Below are positions 52,255 to 60,644 of a stretch of DNA of 64,000 bases, piece by piece; position 1 is the first letter of the stretch, and each line of letters starts with the position of its first letter. The notes below the pieces were generated by a model. The model did no database searches. It had not been told where the DNA came from and saw nothing but the letters and a program-made list of their open reading frames with translations. Made by a program: the position numbers and the translations under genes. The DNA is from Syntrophorhabdaceae bacterium (GTDB lineage Bacteria > Desulfobacterota > Syntrophorhabdia > Syntrophorhabdales > Syntrophorhabdaceae), in the NCBI GenBank assembly GCA_963665295.1, contig OY762209.1, positions 3,104,001 to 3,168,000 on the forward strand, read 5' to 3'.

Positions 52255-52401
52255 AGACGTTATATAGGAAGACACATAGCGCCGCCTAAAGGCGGCGTCC
52301 GGTCCTATAGATAGTTTGGTTCAGCAAGTGCTCATCTCCTTTCCATGAACGCGGCCGCCTTGGCTTCCGGAAGGCTAAAGCGGCCGAATCCGTTCACCTT
52401 T
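52255..52401 (+). ncRNA. Candidate structured small RNA
   Basis: Follows the promoter; two long hairpins flank a CU-rich CATCTCCTTTCC segment; no ORF. Confidence 0.35.
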
Positions 52402-52457
52402 CATTGAAGTAAATTCCATAAAAAGATTTTAAAAGCTGCTGCAGCCGGGAGGGACGG

Positions 52458-53810
52458 TCAGAAGAAATACCACGCGGCGACTCTGAAGGAGTGTAATGTC
52501 GCATCTTTGCTGAGAGTCGGAATGACGCCCAGGCCCGACGGATCGGGGACTGTCCCGTAGTTCGCGTAGCGGGTGGCGAAGTACGCGTACTCCGTGGCAA
52601 ATCTCACTGAATCATTTACGTCATAGCAGAGGCTCACAATGTACTGGGTAGCGTTCTGCACTGTATTGGCGTGGGCGAAGCGGGAAGTGAGAGAGGTCTT
52701 GGCCGCATCATAGGCGCTGCTTGTGTCGTTTCTGAGATAACCGTACCAGCCGCTTACGAACAGCCTATCGGTAAGGTGGTATGATATCTGTCCCCAGCCA
52801 CCGTACATCTTTGGTGCGACGAAATCCGGGGTCTGGCCGGCAGGCTGGGAAGGCGGTGTGGTGAGGTCGCTCGGTCTCGCATAGGAGCCGGCGGAGTATG
52901 CCCTCGACTGGAGCCATGAGGGGTTCTGCGCGACAAAGAGGATGCCCGATACAGACAACGCTCCCGCCTTGCCGGATGGTTTTTGGGAGACTATGGGGAC
53001 GAAACCTTTGAGCGCGAGTCCCCAGGAATCCACATCCTTGTACGCATAGGTGATCGAGGTGGGGGCGCCGGCGGGGCCCGTGTACTGGGTGGCCCACCTT
53101 TTCTCCTGTCCGTAGAAGGCATCGATGTTCCACTGCAATTTCCACGAACCGATGGTTCCCCACCTGTCCGATGACCAGCCCAGAGAGGTTTCGTAGAAGG
53201 GCATCTGACTCGCGGTAAACCCGTCCACCACCCCTGTGTCGGTCATCGAGCGGTTGCTTCCGAGGGTATTGGTGGGAGACAAGAGGGCAAAAGAAAGGTT
53301 CCAATCCTTGGCAAATTTTCGTTCTACCCTGATCATGGGCTGGCGGCTCCCCTTCACGAAGGGAGTAAGGTCGTTGCCGCTCGTGATCATATTGGCGTAA
53401 GTGGGAAGGAAACCCCACTTTTGAAAGGTGTGCCCGATAACAAGCTTTGTCTGAGGCCAGTCGAAGGTCATGAAGGCGTGTCTCATGGCAAAGGAACCCC
53501 TTGGGGCGCCCGCATACACGCCATTGAAGTCGCCTTCGACAAAGGCCGATGTTTTTGCGCCCCATGCCTCCGGGCCTCGCGTAAGGAAGTTTATACGGGA
53601 CCCGCTGGAATACCCCGAGGTTATGCCTTCCTTCCCGTTGGGGTCCCTGTAGGCGCCGGACCCGTGCCTGCCCTGGTCCGTGTAATCCATCTCAAGCTTG
53701 ACATAACCGCCGATAGTAAGATCCCACATGCTTGTGGCGCTGCCCGCGAGAGCAGCGGCCGGGGCGGCAAGGAGCAGCAATAGATGCAGAATAATGATGA
53801 TTTTTGTCAT
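52458..53810 (-). CDS. DcaP-like outer-membrane porin
   Basis: Signal peptide, 'IGGYVKL', 'AFVEGDF', 'MRHAF', C-terminal 'WYFF'. Start taken at ATG 53810. Confidence 0.75.
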   Translation of the reverse strand: MTKIIIILHLLLLLAAPAAALAGSATSMWDLTIGGYVKLEMDYTDQGRHGSGAYRDPNGKEGITSGYSSGSRINFLTRGPEAWGAKTSAFVEGDFNGVYAGAPRGSFAMRHAFMTFDWPQTKLVIGHTFQKWGFLPTYANMITSGNDLTPFVKGSRQPMIRVERKFAKDWNLSFALLSPTNTLGSNRSMTDTGVVDGFTASQMPFYETSLGWSSDRWGTIGSWKLQWNIDAFYGQEKRWATQYTGPAGAPTSITYAYKDVDSWGLALKGFVPIVSQKPSGKAGALSVSGILFVAQNPSWLQSRAYSAGSYARPSDLTTPPSQPAGQTPDFVAPKMYGGWGQISYHLTDRLFVSGWYGYLRNDTSSAYDAAKTSLTSRFAHANTVQNATQYIVSLCYDVNDSVRFATEYAYFATRYANYGTVPDPSGLGVIPTLSKDATLHSFRVAAWYFF

Positions 53811-53978
53811 TCGTGGCGTCACGCTTCCATTAACGGGGGTGATCTCCTGAAAGGCGTGGCCGGTGGGTATTCGTCCGAAAGTCTTCGGGAGTCCGGTGAT
53901 AGATAGCATAGGGATGCGGAGGTTGTCAAATCATTCGGTGGGGTTTGCCGGAAAGTTTCCGTGAATGGCTGGACGCCC

Positions 53979-54012
53979 TTGACATTCAAATAATCTATGT
54001 TAATGTTATAAT
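53979..54012 (+). promoter_or_regulatory. Promoter for the peptide-rSAM unit
   Basis: Extended -10 TGTTATAAT (54004-54012), with TTGACA/TTCAAA upstream. Confidence 0.55.
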
Positions 54013-54062
54013 TATAGCCTGAAGATATGAACAAAAATTTACGCGAAAGGAGGTGAGAAGCC

Positions 54063-54185
54063 ATGAAGAAGATCCTGAGTAAAGAGGTCCTTGAGAAAGA
54101 GGCATCCTTTTGGACCACGATGAAGGAGGCTCTCAAAGAGAGTCCGGCGAAAGAATGCCGCAAGTGAAAGAGCTGAAAGAGCTAG
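54063..54185 (+). CDS. Putative selenocysteine-containing RiPP precursor, 40 aa: MKKILSKEVLEKEASFWTTMKEALKESPAKECRKUKSUKS
   Basis: AAAGGAGGTGA SD at 54046-54056; in-frame TGA at 54165 and 54174; TAG stop at 54183; SECIS-like hairpin immediately after; rSAM/SPASM gene downstream. Absent from the ORF track. Confidence 0.8.
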
Positions 54186-54186
54186 C

Positions 54187-54203
54187 GTTGCAGGTTCTGC
54201 AAC
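54187..54203 (+). promoter_or_regulatory. Bacterial SECIS element candidate
   Basis: GTTGCAG-GTT-CTGCAAC, nearly identical to the E. coli fdhF SECIS core GUUGCAGGUCUGCAC; starts 10 nt after the second TGA. Confidence 0.75.
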
Positions 54204-54213
54204 CCAAAAAGAA

Positions 54214-54247
54214 GAGGCAGATATGACGGAGTTGTCATATCTGCCTC
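54214..54247 (+). terminator. Perfect 14-bp hairpin between precursor and maturase (attenuator/mRNA stabiliser)
   Basis: GAGGCAGATATGAC-ggagtt-GTCATATCTGCCTC with only a weak U-tract. Confidence 0.6.
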
Positions 54248-54275
54248 CTTGCATCAATGGAGGTGGGAAAAACGG

Positions 54276-55334
54276 ATGTCCGTTAATCGAGCATATTCAT
54301 TCTTCGTCCAGTGGCACCTGACGGAAAGATGCAACCTCGCGTGTACCCACTGTTACCAAGACAAGGCAAGAGCAACGGAGATGACCCTGGAGCAGATAGT
54401 GGGGGCCATGTCCGACGTGGTCGACATGCTGGACTCATGGTCCGGTGCGTACGACATGGAATTTTCCCGGAGTTTCAACATTACCGGCGGGGAGCCCTTT
54501 CTTAGAAAAGACCTCTTTGCGATCCTCGAGGCGGCGGCGTACCACGGCTTTGACAATTATCTTCTCACCAACGGGACACTTATCGACAGGGAGAAGGCCC
54601 GCACCCTGTCCGACCTCGGCGTCCGGGGTGTCCAGGTGAGTTTTGAGGGGCCCAGGGAGGTTCATGAAGCGATAAGGGGCAAAGGAACCTTTCCTCTCTC
54701 CGTCGCAGGCGTATGTCATCTCCGGGATGCGGGAATACCGGTGACCATGAACGTCACCCTTTCTTCTCTCAATGCGCCCTATCTCCCGGAACTTATGAAC
54801 CTTGCCTCCGACCTGGGCGTGCCGAGGCTCGGGTTTTCGAGGCTGGTGCCTTCAGGCAGGGGGATGGGCCTTCTTGGAAGCATGCTTTCAAGAAGGGAAG
54901 TGAAAACTCTCTATGAGGAAATATTTCGTCGCACCCGTGAGGACGTGGAAGTGGTGACCGGCGATCCCGTGGCGGCCCAGATGGTTGTGCCCCCGGACAC
55001 GGAGGGAGCCGACGCAGAGGGTATGGAGACTGTGCCCAACGGAGGGTGTGCCGCGGGCGTTTCCGGTCTGACGTTTCTCCCTGACGGCACGATCACCCCC
55101 TGCCGGAGACTGAATATTCCTCTTGGTAATGTGCGGACCGATTCGCTCCGTGAGATATGGGCAACTTCGCCGGTGCTGGAAGGATTGAGGACGAAAAGCG
55201 CATATAAAGGAAAGTGCGGGACCTGCCGGCGATGGTCGGCTTGCCGAGGATGCAGGGCGATAGCCTATCAATACTCGCTCTCAAGAGGTATGGGTGACTA
55301 CCTTTCAGATGATCCTCAGTGCTTTATCGAGTAG
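54276..55334 (+). CDS. Radical SAM/SPASM domain protein, probable peptide maturase
   Basis: 'CNLACTHC' (CxxxCxxC), 'TGGEP', 'LTNGT'; SPASM 'CAAG...DGTITPC...LGNV...CGTC...CRGCRA...DPQC'; GGAGGT upstream of ATG 54276. Confidence 0.93.
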   Translation: MSVNRAYSFFVQWHLTERCNLACTHCYQDKARATEMTLEQIVGAMSDVVDMLDSWSGAYDMEFSRSFNITGGEPFLRKDLFAILEAAAYHGFDNYLLTNGTLIDREKARTLSDLGVRGVQVSFEGPREVHEAIRGKGTFPLSVAGVCHLRDAGIPVTMNVTLSSLNAPYLPELMNLASDLGVPRLGFSRLVPSGRGMGLLGSMLSRREVKTLYEEIFRRTREDVEVVTGDPVAAQMVVPPDTEGADAEGMETVPNGGCAAGVSGLTFLPDGTITPCRRLNIPLGNVRTDSLREIWATSPVLEGLRTKSAYKGKCGTCRRWSACRGCRAIAYQYSLSRGMGDYLSDDPQCFIE

Positions 55335-55553
55335 ACGAGGATGCTGTTTCCTTCATAATACCTGAACACCAGCCTGCCGTTCACAATGGGTTACCGGCTA
55401 ATGTCGGGCGCGGCGCTCATCTGCCGGGCGGGCCGGCTGACCCAAGGGAGACCGGGTTATCCCGGCCTTTTAGAATGGTGAGGCGACAAAGCAAGAGGAG
55501 GAGCCTTAGCTCCCCCCCCTCTTATTTACCGTTTCGGTGACCAGCGATCCCTG

Positions 55554-55904
55554 TTATTTGTAGGAGACCCACATGGCGTAGTTGATGAATTTCACTGTCT
55601 TATATTCGCCCTTTACCATGGAGCCCACTTTCAACCCTTTTAGCCGGTTGTAATCCTGCTGAAACTTTGCGTAGTCGTCCTGAAGGGTAAGATTACCCGT
55701 TGCAGTCTTCACCACGACGCAGTGGCACATTATATCGTGGCTAACGACCGTGCCCTCAAAAGGCATCGCCTTCGCCATGGCCAACTGATTCTCAAACACC
55801 TCTCCCTCGCCGCTCGGGGAACCCAAATTCGCCTGCGCCATTACTCCCGTTATAAACCCGAAGCTCAAAAACACCGCCAATGCAATAACCAACATCTTCC
55901 TCAT
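55554..55904 (-). CDS. Hypothetical exported protein
   Basis: Clear signal peptide (MRKMLVIALAVFLSFGFITGVMA), AGGAGG SD, CxC motif. Confidence 0.75.
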   Translation of the reverse strand: MRKMLVIALAVFLSFGFITGVMAQANLGSPSGEGEVFENQLAMAKAMPFEGTVVSHDIMCHCVVVKTATGNLTLQDDYAKFQQDYNRLKGLKVGSMVKGEYKTVKFINYAMWVSYK

Positions 55905-56164
55905 TTTGTACCTCCTGTTTTATAGGTATTTGAAAACCATCATTTACTTCTGAACATATGGCTCACCCATCCTCTTGTCAAGTGGGCCGGTGATCATGGG
56001 GCGCAAAAGAAAAGACTTTGATACCCGGGAAATCCGTAATCGTCTGCGATAAGTCCCAAGGTGTCGTTTTCCGATTAATACGGGCGTTTACGGCTGATTT
56101 CCAATTACCCGGCAAGGTCGTGGGCCGAAGCTTGCCTGAAGCGGTGTACGTTGATACCCGGGCT

Positions 56165-57333
56165 TCAATAAAGAAACATGGGTTTGCCGAGGGTATCCCG
56201 CACCTTGGGCCTGTATTCCTCAAGATCGTAGAGGGCGGTAACGTCGACCTGTTTTCTCGCAGCGCCTACAAGGTCGAGAGGGACGGTCGTATATATTCCC
56301 TGTTGGAGGGCGACCATTCTTCCTGTGTGGCCCATAGCTATCTGGTCGAGGGCGAGGTTGCCATAGGAGACCGCGACCATTCTGTCCAGGGAATCGGGCG
56401 CGCCGGAACGCATGATGTAAGCCAGTTGTTGGTAGATGATGTTGATGCCCGTTCTGTCCTTGATCTCGTGTGCCACTATGTTGCCTATGCCTCCGAGCTT
56501 CTTGTGGCCGTACGCATCTGCCTCACCACTTTCGAGAATCAGCCCTCCCAGTTGGCGTGCGCCTTCAGAAATGGTCATTATGGCATAGTGCGACGGGTTC
56601 CGTGAGCGGTCTTCGACGAGAAAACGGGCGACCCGTCTACGTCAAAGGGCACCTCCGATATTAACGCCCGGTCCACGTCAGCGAGGTACGCGGCAAACAA
56701 GGAGGTTTCCCCCGAGTTTCTGCCGAATAGTTCCACCACGCATATGCGCTCGTGGGAGCCCGCGGTGGTCCTGAGTGCGTGGATTGAGTCCACGGAGCGT
56801 GTTACCGCGGTCGAAAAGCCGATACAGAAGCCGGTGCCGAACACGTCATTATCCATTGTTTTCGGAATGGCGACAATCTGAAACCCTGCCTTGTGGAGAT
56901 GATTTGCGTAGCTCAGAGTGTCGTCTCCCCCGATGGCGATAATTGCATCCAGCGAGAGATAATCAAGCACATCCATTATATGGGGAGTGCAATCGACCGT
57001 ATTGCCCGGACCTGTAATGCGCTTGCTTTCCGGTATGAAGTCGGGGACTTCGCCAGGCTTCATATTTGCGGGATTGGTCCGTGAGGTGTGGAGAACCGTT
57101 CCACCCGTGCGGTCGATGGTGCGAACCCTTTCCGCAGGCAGGGGCATGGTCCATTTTTCCACTGAACCGGGATCGTCGGGGTTAAGGCACATAAGGCCCA
57201 TCCACCCCCTCCTGATGCCTATGATATCGATCTTGTGGGTGGACGCCCGTGTCACGACCGCCTTGATCGCCACATTGAGGCCGGGCACGTCACCGCCACC
57301 TGTAAGTATCCCGATATGCTGTTTGTTGGTCAT
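56165..57333 (-). pseudogene. pfkA: 6-phosphofructokinase split by a 1-nt frameshift near 56634
   Basis: '[13 protein letters not shown]', 'IGGDDT', 'PKTMDND', 'ELFGRNSG' in one frame; '[25 protein letters not shown]...LAYIMRSGAPDSLDR' in the adjacent frame. Confidence 0.85.
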
Positions 57334-57763
57334 CCGGTTCTCCTCCCTTTGGTATTGACTACGTGAGGACACGCATTCCTGTGGTCGGCCGACGGGTGAA
57401 CGGTGTCGCTGTCATTTTCTCTACCTCGGTGTAAACCTGTTTCCCCTTCTTCATCGGTTTCCATTCATCATTTTGCCGGTTTGATGCTGATTATGCCATA
57501 TTCGCTCATCTGAAGGCGATCTCCTGGATCAACCCGAGGTGTTGGGGGACCGGATAGTACGAGACTCGGCGGGAGGAGAAAAATGGTCGCGCAAGAACGG
57601 GGGCTGCGCGGCCACGCTGTCCACGATTTTTCACTGTGTCCATTTATAATGCGAATGTATGCGTAGGGATGAAGATTGTCAATATCGGCCCGGCCGATTG
57701 TCTTGGTCCCCGCCAATCGTGTCTCGGGACCGCGTGCCGGCGCGGATGTAAAGAAAGGAGGCC

Positions 57764-57991
57764 CTACGGGTTTTCGGAGCCGAAGAGTTGCTCGGATTTG
57801 GCAGTGTGCCCTATCTTGCTTTTCAGCCAGTTTCTTCCGCCGGGCTTACACTTCTTGTGCCGCCAGAGATTCTTGCCTATATAAATACCCTCGTCTTTTT
57901 TGATTCTCTTGTAACAGACGTAACAGGTGTCACGCTTCAGTTCCTCGAAAAGAGGTTCCTGGTAGTATGTATGTTTTGATTGACGGGGCAT
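57764..57991 (-). CDS. Small basic protein with CxxC...HxxC (putative zinc-binding)
   Basis: 'CYVC...WRHKKC'; starts 10 nt after the stop of the upstream gene. Confidence 0.5.
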   Translation of the reverse strand: MPRQSKHTYYQEPLFEELKRDTCYVCYKRIKKDEGIYIGKNLWRHKKCKPGGRNWLKSKIGHTAKSEQLFGSENP

Positions 57992-58001
57992 TTTTTTGTG
58001 A

Positions 58002-58535
58002 TCAATCCTTTCCCGGTTTGTCGATGGTAACTCCCACGAACTTCCAGTAGCCTTCGTCGGTTTTTGCCATAGTCGCGGTTTGTCCGGGTTTGTCCTTCAA
58101 TTTTACGTAGGCGGTTCTTCCCCGTGTTTCCACGTCGAGGCGCCACACGGTGCTCATTCTCAGGTTGTGAATATCGACGGAGCCTAGTCTGATCGCCGCA
58201 GCTTTCTTTCGGTCTCCCGCGTCATCCTGAGACCGGATGACCGAGATGAGGTAGAGCCGCACGCCCTCTTTAATGCTGGGCATATTCATTGAAATCGCGG
58301 CGGCCACATCCTTGTTGATCTTTCCGGATGCGCCGCCCCCGGCGGAAAGACTCTTTGCCAGACTCTCCGTAACGGAATCGACGTCGATGAACTTCAGTGC
58401 GGTCTCCGCGTCGTGATCGTTTACCGCCCTGGACAGTTGATAGATGGAATACCAGGGGGTGGTCTTTATATAGAGAAACCCGCAAAGAAGCATCAGAAGA
58501 ATCGCGCCCGATATAAGGGCAATCTTTTTCCTCAT
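58002..58535 (-). CDS. DUF2939-like membrane-anchored protein
   Basis: N-terminal TM segment, 'TPWYSIYQL...AV...D...FIDVDSV', C-terminal 'WKFVGV'. Confidence 0.7.
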   Translation of the reverse strand: MRKKIALISGAILLMLLCGFLYIKTTPWYSIYQLSRAVNDHDAETALKFIDVDSVTESLAKSLSAGGGASGKINKDVAAAISMNMPSIKEGVRLYLISVIRSQDDAGDRKKAAAIRLGSVDIHNLRMSTVWRLDVETRGRTAYVKLKDKPGQTATMAKTDEGYWKFVGVTIDKPGKD

Positions 58536-58618
58536 TCAGTGATTTTCCCTTTTTTCCGACCCATTGTCAATGCTCGAGTTAACCGGGTTCCCCTTTTCCG
58601 CCCTTGGAACCCATATTG

Positions 58619-59155
58619 TCAATAAAAGAGAAAGATGGCATCAAGGAAAAAGAATATCCAGCCGATCACGGTTACAAGGCCGAAATACCAGAGCACCTTC
58701 CTTTTAGTCAACGCCGCGATAGATGAAAGCATAAGGCCGATCTGAAGAAAGATAAGGCTGTAGCCGAAATTCCCCCCCTTGTCCTGGGCGACTATTTTTT
58801 GTTTCGCCAGTTCGTCCCCTTTTGCCTTGATTTCCGCCTTTTCCTTATCATAACGCTTGATGGCGTCCTTATACCTGGTCAGGGTCTTCTCGAACTTTTC
58901 TGAACCCACCTTCCGGGCTTTTGCTTCGCCCTCGAGGCGTTCCATGTCCATAAGCTCGGCTTGGATCTCATAGAGATAGGACTTGATGCTTTTTGCTTGG
59001 TAGTAACCCCACTGATTTGTTTCCTGTCCCTGGAGGAGTATGGCTCTGGACGAAAACTTGCCCATGTAGAGGGTCGTTATCGCTGCGAGAACGGCCATCA
59101 CTGCGGTGGACAGGGCTACCCACGTCATCCATGTGTCTTGTTTTGTTTCAGTCAT
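58619..59155 (-). CDS. DUF4337-like membrane protein
   Basis: 'VALSTAVMAVLAAI', 'NQWGYYQAKSIK', 'LQIGLMLSSIAAL'. Confidence 0.8.
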   Translation of the reverse strand: MTETKQDTWMTWVALSTAVMAVLAAITTLYMGKFSSRAILLQGQETNQWGYYQAKSIKSYLYEIQAELMDMERLEGEAKARKVGSEKFEKTLTRYKDAIKRYDKEKAEIKAKGDELAKQKIVAQDKGGNFGYSLIFLQIGLMLSSIAALTKRKVLWYFGLVTVIGWIFFFLDAIFLFY

Positions 59156-59205
59156 ATATTGTTTCTTCTCCGGGTGAATTTGTCTTCATATCGTGAGGGT
59201 TTCTG

Positions 59206-60339
59206 TTATTGCGATATACCGTGAATGGGGAAAATGGTGGTCCTGATGAAATTGACGACCCGTTGGGCCTGAAGCAGACATTGTTCCTTTTCGTGGCCCC
59301 CGACGCTAAACGGAGCGTCGTCCAGACTGCCGGAGGCGCCTTCAGAGTGGCCCATGGTTTCTCCCACAAGGCATGAGTCAAAGCCGCGCGGCTGGAGTCC
59401 GCAGAATTCCGCCCATGCCAGCGTCCAAAGGGCGGCCGTCTTGACTACATTGTAGCCGCCGGAACCCAAGGCAAGAATCTTGGGTGACAGGCTATTAATG
59501 ATGGAAATCACCTTTTTGTAGCCGTTGCTTGTGAGGCTGAGATGGGCGAGGGGGTCATCCTTATGAGTATCGCATCCGATGCACGCCACCACCATATCAG
59601 GTTTGAATTTCTCGAGTAGAAGCGGTACAATGGATTCGAAGGCGAAGAGATAGACTTCATCGTCGGTACCCGCTGAAAGAGGGATATTGACATTGTATCC
59701 GGTTCCCTTCTTTATACCTATCTCGCCCGCGAACCCGGACCCGGGAAAAAGGGTCTCTCCCGATTCATGGAGGGATATGTTCAAAACCCTGTCCGACTCA
59801 TAGAAAGCGTACTGAACCCCATTGCCGTGATGCGCGTCGATGTCTATATAAGCGACCCTCTGTCCCTTCCTCACGAGGTCGGAAAGGGTAACCGCAATGT
59901 CATTGATATAGCAAAACCCCTCCGCGTGATTCCGCCCTGCATGGTGGAAGCCGCCGAAGGGGTTGAAGACGACCCGGGCATCTCCACGATAGAGCATCAT
60001 GGCGCCCTCATGGGTAGCACTCGATGCAGCCAGCGAACATTGGTACATGCACTTAAACAGGGGGTTGTCCTGGGTGCCGAGACCTGCACGAAGCATTTCA
60101 ACCGAGAGCTCCCCTCTTTCTCCCTTCTTGAGAAGCTCGATATATTCACGGGTGTGAAAGAGATAAAGTAATTCATTATCCATGAGTTGGGGCTCGACGG
60201 TCCGTTGGTTCTTGTCGGTGATGAGACCATGCTTGTTGAGGAGTTCGCACATGAGCTTTGCCCTCACGGGCTTGAATGGGTGGGTCGGTTTGTATTCGTA
60301 CTCCACAAGGTCATTTGAATATGTGAGGACATTGAACAT
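59206..60339 (-). CDS. acuC: AcuC / histone-deacetylase family protein
   Basis: 'HPFKPVR', 'GGFHHA', 'GFCYIND', 'DIDAHHGNG', 'SLHESG..LFPGSG', 'GGYN'. Confidence 0.92.
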   Translation of the reverse strand: MFNVLTYSNDLVEYEYKPTHPFKPVRAKLMCELLNKHGLITDKNQRTVEPQLMDNELLYLFHTREYIELLKKGERGELSVEMLRAGLGTQDNPLFKCMYQCSLAASSATHEGAMMLYRGDARVVFNPFGGFHHAGRNHAEGFCYINDIAVTLSDLVRKGQRVAYIDIDAHHGNGVQYAFYESDRVLNISLHESGETLFPGSGFAGEIGIKKGTGYNVNIPLSAGTDDEVYLFAFESIVPLLLEKFKPDMVVACIGCDTHKDDPLAHLSLTSNGYKKVISIINSLSPKILALGSGGYNVVKTAALWTLAWAEFCGLQPRGFDSCLVGETMGHSEGASGSLDDAPFSVGGHEKEQCLLQAQRVVNFIRTTIFPIHGISQ

Positions 60340-60644
60340 TTAGATACCCCATTCCGCTCAGTATATTATATATATTGTGTTTTTAAATTTAATTCAACAC
60401 ATTCCTGACGACGCGCTTCCCAATTCCAATTTTGCGATGCCGGACGGGAGAAATCAGGACGGTAAAATTGGCGGGAAGTCACAAAAGGAAATTTTTTGTT
60501 GCATTTTACCCTCATTAAGGTATTCTATCTATTGGATGTCCTGGGTTACATGGAGTTATACACCTGAAATTTTGCCACAATTGAGAGCGTTTTTTATCTG
60601 AGAGAACGTGCTGTATTCCAACACCAACGCCTGGGGAGGCCGGT

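Noticed and set aside
52360..52386. TCCGGAAGG resembling the SRP RNA domain IV loop
   Set aside because: Flanks lack the CAGG/AGCAG consensus of SRP RNA
54063..54167. Plain 34-aa peptide ending at the first TGA
   Set aside because: Possible as an isoform, but it does not explain the second in-frame TGA, the CxxUxxU periodicity or the fdhF-like SECIS
54039..54257. 72-aa minus-strand ORF listed in the ORF track
   Set aside because: Overlaps the plus-strand peptide, which has a perfect SD, a promoter and a SECIS-like hairpin; no support of its own
57359..57454. 31-aa minus-strand ORF upstream of pfk ([19 protein letters not shown]...)
   Set aside because: No motif or independent support
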